IMG/VR virus record: IMGVR_UViG_3300027413_000002
Strand: one strand, 5' to 3'
Length of the DNA: 64,000 nt
From: a virus
Shown here one piece after another: positions 56,885-64,000 of this stretch. Both the position numbers and the translations under genes were made by a program. Position 1 is the stretch's first letter, and each line of letters starts with the position of its first letter. The notes beneath the pieces are model-generated. The model worked only from the letters and a program-made list of their open reading frames with translations, was not told the DNA's origin and made no database searches.

Positions 56885-57365
56885 CTTTTTTCTTCCTTGA
56901 TTTTTTCTTCACTGGTTTATTGTATTCCTCGATACCGAGTGGCTTCATCAGCTTCTCGAGTTTCGGGTATAATTCCAGCAATTTGCCATCCTTGACACTT
57001 GTTAACAGATCTGCTTCATTGTAATGCAGACCCTCCAAGATTTGAACCCAATTCATCTCTTGCTTCCACGTCACAAGATTTCTGAGATTACTATTTGGAT
57101 CCAAAAACGTATTGATTCGACGCCATTCCATCTGGATCGTTGTATCACCCATTCCGTCTGGGATGTCTCTATCCAGCTTTACGTTCTCAGGCATTCCTTC
57201 AGGAAGACCCCACTCGATCTTCACCGCGCCAACACCTGCTCGTACGAGGGGAACGATTGTTTGGTTCGTTGCAGCCCATTCTTTGAGTCGACCGACTTGA
57301 CCATCTACAGTCGGGGCTTCGAATACATAATCAAACCCTTCGTTTACTTGTCTAAATTTTCTCAT
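56868..57365 (-). CDS. conserved T4-like marine phage protein
   Basis: W.LPEG, QILEGLH..EA.LL..VKDG.L...YP; follows rnh. Confidence 0.7.
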   Translation of the reverse strand: MRKFRQVNEGFDYVFEAPTVDGQVGRLKEWAATNQTIVPLVRAGVGAVKIEWGLPEGMPENVKLDRDIPDGMGDTTIQMEWRRINTFLDPNSNLRNLVTWKQEMNWVQILEGLHYNEADLLTSVKDGKLLELYPKLEKLMKPLGIEEYNKPVKKKSRKKKDAKAD

Positions 57366-57391
57366 AATTTCTCCATAAATCAGTATATATA

Positions 57392-58279
57392 CTAGAAGTC
57401 TTCAGCGACTTCCATCATATTTCTCAGACGATACTTGATAAAGTAATTCAACAAGTTCGCTCGGCTCTTACCCTTTTGTCTCTGATATTCGCCCACAATC
57501 TCGTCTTTAATTTCTTGCGGTGTCATCGAGAGGTCAACCAACTGTCGGTTGCGGACATATCCCGAAGCCATCTCACCAGATACAAACTCCTCTGGCTTCT
57601 GCTTCTTCCACTCAGCAAGTAATGCCTTGCGGATCGGCTTCTGTCGCTTTCCCTCTGTAACGAATGTGTCATCGTCACTCAGGATGTTGGGAACACCATC
57701 GCCCTTGTCGCCAGAGATAATATGCTCCATCAACACTTCTTCTGGTGTACCATCCAACTTCACCCACTTCTTCTTGATAGGCGAGAACTGCTGAACATTC
57801 GAGAACTTTTGCAGTTGCTGGAAGTCATGGTCGCCTGAAAGAATAAGGAATGGCTCTGGCTCGGCAAACATAGGATGATCAGTCATATCATTCTCTTGAC
57901 TGTACTCAGCCAGTGCACCAATGACATCATCTGCCTCTGCGCCATCAATATCAAGGACAGGGTATGGAAGAAACTCGTCCAACTCACTGCGGATCTGATG
58001 TAACGCATCAAAGATAGAAGACCAATCGTGACCGCTAGAGTCTCGAGACTTCTTTCGTGATGCCTTATAGAACGGATAAACATCTCGACGCCAATAGTGT
58101 CGATTGTCACAGGCGATAACTACCTCGCCATATTCATTACCAAACCGCTTTCGATAGTTGCGAATCTGGTTCAGAATCATATGACGCAACAGGTCGAGGT
58201 TCATCTCGACATCTGGACGACCACGTGTTTCTGCCATATAGTTAGAGATGAATGTTTGGTTATAATCAATAACAATCAT
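57392..58279 (-). CDS. rnh: T4-type RNase H (5'-3' exonuclease)
   Basis: LLRHMILN, YWRR...YKASR, EADDVIG, SGDHDF.QL, GDKGDGVPNILS, RNRQLVDL. Confidence 0.95.
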   Translation of the reverse strand: MIVIDYNQTFISNYMAETRGRPDVEMNLDLLRHMILNQIRNYRKRFGNEYGEVVIACDNRHYWRRDVYPFYKASRKKSRDSSGHDWSSIFDALHQIRSELDEFLPYPVLDIDGAEADDVIGALAEYSQENDMTDHPMFAEPEPFLILSGDHDFQQLQKFSNVQQFSPIKKKWVKLDGTPEEVLMEHIISGDKGDGVPNILSDDDTFVTEGKRQKPIRKALLAEWKKQKPEEFVSGEMASGYVRNRQLVDLSMTPQEIKDEIVGEYQRQKGKSRANLLNYFIKYRLRNMMEVAEDF

Positions 58280-58782
58280 TCTTCATCCTCCTTTGGTTCA
58301 TAACCCCAAGTGTATCCGAGGTCTGGGTAAAATACGCCATGAGATCGTTTGGGTTCACCATCTGGATGATATGCCATCACCCGACTCGCCCATTGTATTC
58401 TCTTATCCATATTCTCACCGTAATAATTATCAACCCAATCTCCGTCTCGGAGATATCGGTTCATATTGCGGACATAACCTTCGATAGATTTCACTCTAGC
58501 AATCGCGCCTTTTACACCAGCACGCATGTTGGCTCGCTCGCTCTTGAGTTCTTCTGTATTAGATTTGATCCACTCTTTGACCTTGTTGTATGAAAGATAG
58601 TGATCGTCTTCTAACTCGAGCACTTCCTTACATACGTTCTTGGGTTGAGTGGGATTCGCTGCCTGCTTTGCGGCACGTGCTTTTGCCAAACGCTCGCCTG
58701 CAGCTTTCTTTTGCTCTTCTGTCATCGGCTTGCGTCTACGCTTGGGCTTCTGACGAACATAGGGGGTTGGTTCTTTTGCCAT
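58276..58782 (-). CDS. conserved hypothetical protein
   Basis: RKPMTEEQK..A.ERLAKAR; YLRDGDW; promoter TTGACA-17-TATACT at 58836-58808. Confidence 0.7.
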   Translation of the reverse strand: MAKEPTPYVRQKPKRRRKPMTEEQKKAAGERLAKARAAKQAANPTQPKNVCKEVLELEDDHYLSYNKVKEWIKSNTEELKSERANMRAGVKGAIARVKSIEGYVRNMNRYLRDGDWVDNYYGENMDKRIQWASRVMAYHPDGEPKRSHGVFYPDLGYTWGYEPKEDEE

Positions 58783-58839
58783 AATGGACTCCTTTAGTAA
58801 TACACTAAGTATATATCAGAGTATCCAGAATGTCAAGCA

Positions 58840-59130
58840 TTATCTTGCATCTTCTTCTTTAACCCATATCGGCAGTTCACCGCTGGGAGCAATATTCACC
58901 ATATCTCTAGTGAATTGACCGCTATGCACCATATACTCAAAAGTCTTAAACAGCTTCTGGAACCGAAGTTCAGCAATAGAGCGTAGACCTAGAAGTTGAT
59001 TTTGTAGGTTGTCACAATCCTTTGCCGATAAATCTAGATTGTCAGTATTGTGGAAGATCAAATCAATGTCTTCCACAATACCCCAAGCAGCCATAATTTC
59101 AGACTCTAGATCGAATCTATCTTTCTTCAT
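58840..59130 (-). CDS. hypothetical protein
   Basis: DRFDLE..IM..W motif; ATGA coupling. Confidence 0.65.
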   Translation of the reverse strand: MKKDRFDLESEIMAAWGIVEDIDLIFHNTDNLDLSAKDCDNLQNQLLGLRSIAELRFQKLFKTFEYMVHSGQFTRDMVNIAPSGELPIWVKEEDAR

Positions 59131-59360
59131 GCGACCTTCTTGATACGATCTACGATAATCGTGCGCCACGCAGTCTTGTCGACATCAAATACCACTAGGT
59201 GGCTCTCCGATGCTTTAGATGTACCGCCCTTGGTTTCGGGGACAACACTTTCCTGCAACGTGCAATTCATCACACGCTCTGTGCCGTCCAGTTTATCAAA
59301 GGTAATTTCAACCACTCGGTTGGATAGTTCATTCACAATATCAGTCATATTAATCTCCAT
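59127..59360 (-). CDS. SH3/WYL-like small protein
   Basis: ITFDKLDGTERVMNCTL, VFDVDK.AWR; promoter TTGACA-17-TAGAAT at 59416-59388. Confidence 0.75.
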   Translation of the reverse strand: MEINMTDIVNELSNRVVEITFDKLDGTERVMNCTLQESVVPETKGGTSKASESHLVVFDVDKTAWRTIIVDRIKKVA

Positions 59361-59412
59361 AATATATTTCCCGTTTAAAGTAATACCATTCTACCACAGA
59401 TCTCTATAGATG

Positions 59413-60390
59413 TCAAGCATCATTTTTCTTTTTATCAATCAACCATTGTAGATTAGACTTGATAGATTTTCTGTCAACGGGGTTTAGACTTTCACCAGCA
59501 CTGATTTTATCCATGGCATCTTCAAATGCTTCGTCAGTTTCTATAGGTTTGTCTTCTACCGTTTCTTCGGGCACATCATCCAAGTCTTCTACAAACTCTT
59601 CCATGGGTGTTTCGGTTGCAGTTTCATCCAGAGACATAAACTCGATGCGTTTACCTGTAGCCATATTCAACTGCATATTTGCCGCGATAACGAGTAGGAT
59701 AGCGAGAGGGTCGAATACCAGTACAAGCATAATGATTACAAACCGAACTGCTTCTTCCAAGTTTTGCCTGCCATCATCATAAAGCAGATCCGCAATATAT
59801 TTGATTGGACCAACCTCTACCTCGAATGCTCGAACCTCGGCAGACATCTCAGATCTCGTATCATATAGACCATCGTTCTCAGCTTCTGCTTTGTCGATGA
59901 TAGAACGCATAATCTCGCGCTCTTCTGCTTGCTCTTTGCGAGCATCCAGACCACGAGTAACATATCCGAGATCGGTGTAGCGATCTAGTGTTGCATCGAA
60001 ATTGTCGAGAGTGGTTTGAGCGCGAGAGATCGCCTTATCATTAGATGCGATACGGATGTCCAGTCTCTCGATCTTGGCTGTCGCGTCTCCGCTTTCCACG
60101 CCCTGATCAATATGCGCTTTAGATAGGAATCCGAAGATACCCATTGATGTGATGATTGATAGGATTGCGACCGCTGGGATGAAATATGCCTTCATAAAGA
60201 TATTGGCACGTTCCCAGTTTTGATATAACCATGATGCAGTAACCAATTTGGCGACTTCAAGGACGACACCCATCGCTAGGATAGACATTGCAGCTGCAGG
60301 AAAGATCGCCATAAGTCCGACGATCGAGAAATACCCAGCAACGGCTGACACACCCAGCGCGGATGCAAACAGTAATATTACATATCCCAT
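59413..60390 (-). CDS. membrane protein with coiled-coil domain
   Basis: N-terminal TMs (LEVAKLV.ASWL, TSMGIFGFLSKAH), EVGPIKYIA, VFDPLAI. Confidence 0.75.
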   Translation of the reverse strand: MGYVILLFASALGVSAVAGYFSIVGLMAIFPAAAMSILAMGVVLEVAKLVTASWLYQNWERANIFMKAYFIPAVAILSIITSMGIFGFLSKAHIDQGVESGDATAKIERLDIRIASNDKAISRAQTTLDNFDATLDRYTDLGYVTRGLDARKEQAEEREIMRSIIDKAEAENDGLYDTRSEMSAEVRAFEVEVGPIKYIADLLYDDGRQNLEEAVRFVIIMLVLVFDPLAILLVIAANMQLNMATGKRIEFMSLDETATETPMEEFVEDLDDVPEETVEDKPIETDEAFEDAMDKISAGESLNPVDRKSIKSNLQWLIDKKKNDA

Positions 60391-61010
60391 GCTCTATACC
60401 TCATTCCTGCAATCTTTTTGATGTTGATTTGTCTTGAATCAGCAAGTTTAGAACGAAACATTTCGGGTGTCAAAACTTCTTTCAGCTTCAACTGTTCATA
60501 AAATCTATATTCTTCATCCCACTGTTCTTTTGTGTAGTCATCTTTCGACCAATCTTCAAACATAAAATGGTATTCTGGAAATGCAGACAATTTTTGTTCT
60601 AGTGTGGAGTTTCTCAGTAAATAGTCTGATTCAGTTCCAACACGACTGTCTACATAATTTGATAAATCTTTGAAGTGAATAACATGACTGATTTGCTCGA
60701 TATTGATGTTATGAAGATATGGTCTGCCATGTTGTATCGAACTTAGCTGGCAAGAAGATCCAGATTCAGCACGTTCATACGGATCTCTCAAAACCAATAC
60801 GTTTGGGATCGGCTTCGCTGCATTTTTCATTTGTGCGAAAAGAGTTTCGTAATTGTTGAATTGATCGAACGAGACTTTGGGAGTATAGTTGTGTAAAAAG
60901 TCTATCTCATCTTCAACATGTTCGCCTATGATCTTTGTCGTGATGGAACGAGAACCCACTCTTCCGACCATTGCGACATTCATCATGTCAGTTCTAATCA
61001 CACATAACAT
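60378..61010 (-). CDS. hypothetical protein (sulfotransferase-like RDP motif)
   Basis: RVGSRSI, LRDPYERAES; function tentative. Confidence 0.5.
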   Translation of the reverse strand: MLCVIRTDMMNVAMVGRVGSRSITTKIIGEHVEDEIDFLHNYTPKVSFDQFNNYETLFAQMKNAAKPIPNVLVLRDPYERAESGSSCQLSSIQHGRPYLHNINIEQISHVIHFKDLSNYVDSRVGTESDYLLRNSTLEQKLSAFPEYHFMFEDWSKDDYTKEQWDEEYRFYEQLKLKEVLTPEMFRSKLADSRQINIKKIAGMRYRAWDM

Positions 61011-61341
61011 TACGCGGTTTCCACTCCAGTTCTACAAAGTCTGCTAATGGCTCTTTGTTCAATCGTATATTCAACATAGAGTTGAGACACTTTGGGTCGT
61101 GTCTCTGCTGCCATTGCAGAAGAAACTCTTGCATCTTCGCCCAAGATTTCTTCTCGAACTCAGCAATCGTTTCTTTCACTAATTCACCTTCGTATTGTAG
61201 CACATACCTAGACGAGCCATAATACTTTTCATACAGTTTCTGCGGTTTACCCGAATATCCTATGTAGTAATCGCCATTCGGAAAATATGTGCAGTAAACT
61301 CGGTGAACCTGTTTTTCTTTAGGTTTCCGTTTTTTAGCCAT
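60994..61341 (-). CDS. stand-alone GIY-YIG-like (Seg-type) endonuclease domain
   Basis: VYC...YYIG, YYGSS, E...LN pattern. Confidence 0.65.
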   Translation of the reverse strand: MAKKRKPKEKQVHRVYCTYFPNGDYYIGYSGKPQKLYEKYYGSSRYVLQYEGELVKETIAEFEKKSWAKMQEFLLQWQQRHDPKCLNSMLNIRLNKEPLADFVELEWKPRNVMCD

Positions 61342-61360
61342 ACACTATTTAGGAAGTGTA

Positions 61361-61789
61361 TTATAGCATCATATCCAGACGTTCGATTAGGATCTGTCGG
61401 TTCTTCAGGTGTTCCGCTTCGATGTCATTCTTTGATTGACCGTGATATTCAACCGCCAGATTATCACGAATCATAATCTCATTGACTGTCATCACATCAA
61501 CTTCTTCTGAATCCTCTGTAATAAACTCTCCGAGGATTCTTCCGAATTTACCCTTTCCGTCCATTCGAGTGCGGAGAGTGCATCGTTCCCCAAGTTTGTC
61601 TTTGAGGAACGATGCCGCCATTTTTCCGAAAACTTTTTCGATAGGATCTCGCGTCCGCGACTCAGGAGTATCAATACCGTACAGCCGAATACGCTGATTA
61701 GAAAGAATAACACCGAACCCAAGGTCAATATCGACATCCACAGTATCACCATCAACCACACGCCTAATTGTTGCAGAATATTCATACAT
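61361..61789 (-). CDS. thermonuclease (SNase-like)
   Basis: RVVDGDTVD.DIDLGF, RIRLYGIDTPESRT, GKFGRILG. Confidence 0.92.
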   Translation of the reverse strand: MYEYSATIRRVVDGDTVDVDIDLGFGVILSNQRIRLYGIDTPESRTRDPIEKVFGKMAASFLKDKLGERCTLRTRMDGKGKFGRILGEFITEDSEEVDVMTVNEIMIRDNLAVEYHGQSKNDIEAEHLKNRQILIERLDMML

Positions 61790-61946
61790 CGTACTCTTCT
61801 CCGTAGTCCAGTTCTAACTCGTCTTCAATATCGAGTTCGTCGCCACAGAAAGTGCAGTGAGTTACTGGATAAAAGTTTTTGTCCATCTCGTGCTCAACCC
61901 AAAATATGGCATCACACGAGGAACATTCGCATCTTTGCTTTACCAT
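61782..61946 (-). CDS. small zinc-ribbon protein
   Basis: Hand-translated MVKQRCECSSCDAIF...HCTFCGDEL...*. Confidence 0.7.
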   Translation of the reverse strand: MVKQRCECSSCDAIFWVEHEMDKNFYPVTHCTFCGDELDIEDELELDYGEEYDV

Positions 61947-62933
61947 TTATGCTGCTGACCCCCATACGTCACCCCAATCACCTTCAAGTGCGCCACGAGC
62001 ATAATCGGTGGCACGGTTCTCAAAGAAATTTGTATGAGTAGGTGCGTTGATCATTTCTTCTACCCATGGTAGTGGATTCTTCTTCACTTTGAAGATGCCC
62101 TTCATACCGAGACTGATCAGACGACGATCGCAAATGTAACGGATATACTTCTTCACTTCAGCAGAGGTGAGATCCTGCATTTCACCCATGGCAAATGCGA
62201 GGTCGATAAACTTGTCCTCGAGTTCTACCATTTTCTCAGCGATAGAATAAATCTTGCCTTTGAGGTCGTCATTCCAGATCTCGAGGTTCTCTTCGACATA
62301 CTGTCTAAACAGTTTAATCATTGACTCAGCATGCATAGTTTCGTCTACGATCGACCAAGTAACAATCTGACCCATGCCTTTCATCTTACCATGACGTGGG
62401 AAGTTCAGCAACATAATGAACGAGGAGAACAACTGCATACCTTCAGTGAATGCAGAGAACGCAGCAATGTTAGTCGCGACAGTTTTCTTATCCTGTGATG
62501 CGTTAGACATCTCCATGAAATATTCGTGTTTGTCCTTCATCGCTTCATACTCAAGGAACTCACTGTATGTTGACTCAGGCATGCCAAGAGTCTCGATCAG
62601 ATGAGAGTATGCTGCAACGTGTAATGCTTCACGTGCTGCAAATCCAGCAAGCATCATACGAACTTCAGGTTGTGGGAAGTGAGGAAGATAGTTGGTAACA
62701 TAACCACCAGCAACATCAATATCGCCCTGTGTGAAGAAACGAAAAATGTTTGTCAGGAAAGACTGCTCAGCCTCGTTTAGTTTATTCTTCCAATCTTTAA
62801 CGTCTTCAGCCATTGGTACTTCTGTGTGAAGCCAATGTGATTGCTCATGTTTGAGCCATGCTTCGTATGCCCAAGGATAGTTAAAAGGTTTGAAGTAGTC
62901 GCGCTCATCCTGTAGATTTAGTTTCTTAGCCAT
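61947..62933 (-). CDS. nrdB: class I ribonucleotide reductase beta subunit
   Basis: FKPFNYPWA, FFTQGD, REALH..AY, EGMQLFSSF, DETMH, NFFENRATDY. Confidence 0.96.
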   Translation of the reverse strand: MAKKLNLQDERDYFKPFNYPWAYEAWLKHEQSHWLHTEVPMAEDVKDWKNKLNEAEQSFLTNIFRFFTQGDIDVAGGYVTNYLPHFPQPEVRMMLAGFAAREALHVAAYSHLIETLGMPESTYSEFLEYEAMKDKHEYFMEMSNASQDKKTVATNIAAFSAFTEGMQLFSSFIMLLNFPRHGKMKGMGQIVTWSIVDETMHAESMIKLFRQYVEENLEIWNDDLKGKIYSIAEKMVELEDKFIDLAFAMGEMQDLTSAEVKKYIRYICDRRLISLGMKGIFKVKKNPLPWVEEMINAPTHTNFFENRATDYARGALEGDWGDVWGSAA

Positions 62934-63579
62934 TTTTCTTCCTAAAAAGTTTTAAATAATTGTTTATGTTTTCGTCTGTTCTATCCCAGATAGATTTCCA
63001 CTTGTCTGTTGTAATCTCATCAACTACTTCATAACCAACAGACCCCAGACAAGTAGTTAGGTCTTTTTGTGACAGATATAAATTTCTGTCAATTGGTTTT
63101 GTTATGCCAGAGTCAAGATATCTCATAAGAACTTCATTAGTGGGCTCTATGTTCTCAGACAAGCCAGTCTCAGAGAATTCAATATTCGTTATCAAAATGT
63201 ATTCTGGATCGTTAAAATTTACGATTTTTTCCAGAAGGTCAATCGGACTGTGTAGGTGATATAATAATCCACAACACAGAACAACATCATATTTTTCTCT
63301 ATGAAGTGCATAATAATCATTATACGGAAGATTATACACAGTTCTGTTTTCATCACTTAGAATTATATCTAACATTTCACAGCAAGTCAAGTCTGGTTCT
63401 ACGACCGTAAACTTCTTTGGATTGCGCAGATTAATGTATGAGGACATTGTCCCGTGTGCTGGTCCAAGTTCTAATACTTCTTTATCTTCGCATATCGAAA
63501 AAAACTTGCCATCAATATAACGAAGAATATTTACTATTGACTCATTATTAATATGAACCTCAAATGGATTATACCCCAA
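62926..63579 (-). CDS. class I SAM-dependent methyltransferase
   Basis: VLELGPAHG, VVEP, YDVVLCCGLLYHL. Confidence 0.85.
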   Translation of the reverse strand: MGYNPFEVHINNESIVNILRYIDGKFFSICEDKEVLELGPAHGTMSSYINLRNPKKFTVVEPDLTCCEMLDIILSDENRTVYNLPYNDYYALHREKYDVVLCCGLLYHLHSPIDLLEKIVNFNDPEYILITNIEFSETGLSENIEPTNEVLMRYLDSGITKPIDRNLYLSQKDLTTCLGSVGYEVVDEITTDKWKSIWDRTDENINNYLKLFRKKNG

Positions 63580-63781
63580 ATGTAGAGTCCCAATCGGTAA
63601 GTGATTGTGAAAGTTGCACTAATTCTGTATAGCCACCGATGTGCGTATCGCCTGCATAAATTTGAGGAACCTGACCAGTTGGTTGATATTCTTCTTCAAA
63701 TTCAATTTCCATACCATCTAAAAACTGTTTTGCTTGACTACAGAAAGAGCAGTCATCCCTTGAAAATATCTTGACTAACAT
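63569..63781 (-). CDS. glutaredoxin
   Basis: CSFC, VPQI, IGGY. Confidence 0.9.
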   Translation of the reverse strand: MLVKIFSRDDCSFCSQAKQFLDGMEIEFEEEYQPTGQVPQIYAGDTHIGGYTELVQLSQSLTDWDSTFGV

Positions 63782-64000
63782 TAGTTTGTTCCTTTATCTA
63801 ATTTGTTAATTTGTTTGAATGCCCATTCGCGCTCCTTGCACCAAGGGCAGTAACCACATCTTCCCTCATCGAGTTCAGTGCAGCTATGTGTGATATCCAT
63901 TATTTCTTCAGCAATACCCAAGTCAAATGCTATTTGGACAACTTCATCTTTTGTCATCTCAGCAAATGGTTGTGGAACCAAAGTTTCAAATGGAGTACCT
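63781..64000 (-). CDS. QueC-like protein, C-terminal part (start outside window)
   Basis: PF..MTK..VV, THSC...RCGYCPWCKER zinc motif. Confidence 0.65.
   Translation of the reverse strand, partial: GTPFETLVPQPFAEMTKDEVVQIAFDLGIAEEIMDITHSCTELDEGRCGYCPWCKEREWAFKQINKLDKGTN

Noticed and set aside
61947-62933. Intron or intein in nrdB
   Set aside because: The ORF is continuous and of normal length, with all iron-ligand motifs

Overview
This window is a 64-kb segment of a T4-like (marine cyano/pelagi-myovirus-type) bacteriophage genome. From left to right it holds: (1) a baseplate/tail module (PAAR, gp25, gp5, hub, gp53, gp48, gp4, gp2, gp54, gp26/gp51, tape-measure candidate); (2) gp32-gp59-gp33; (3) a circularly permuted two-piece tmRNA with tag ANDNFAYEGFALAA; (4) phoH, an exonuclease and an island of radical SAM, SGNH-like, epimerase, carbamoyltransferase and methyltransferase genes; (5) a late-promoter operon on the + strand encoding CsgF, CsgG, a curlin-like protein, a FecR protein and a CHASE2-adenylate cyclase; (6) an early region of small unknown genes driven by repeated sigma70-type promoters; (7) a putative DNA hypermodification operon (TET/JBP dioxygenase, class II glutamine amidotransferase, GNAT, amino acid:DNA transferase, P-loop kinase); and (8) iscU, dCMP deaminase, RNase H, nrdB, glutaredoxin and a partial queC-like gene. 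The best candidates for an undescribed system are the curli-pore/FecR/CHASE2-cyclase trans-envelope signalling module and the TET-GATase-GNAT-AADT-kinase base-modification pathway. All calls come from motif recognition by eye; no database searches were run.
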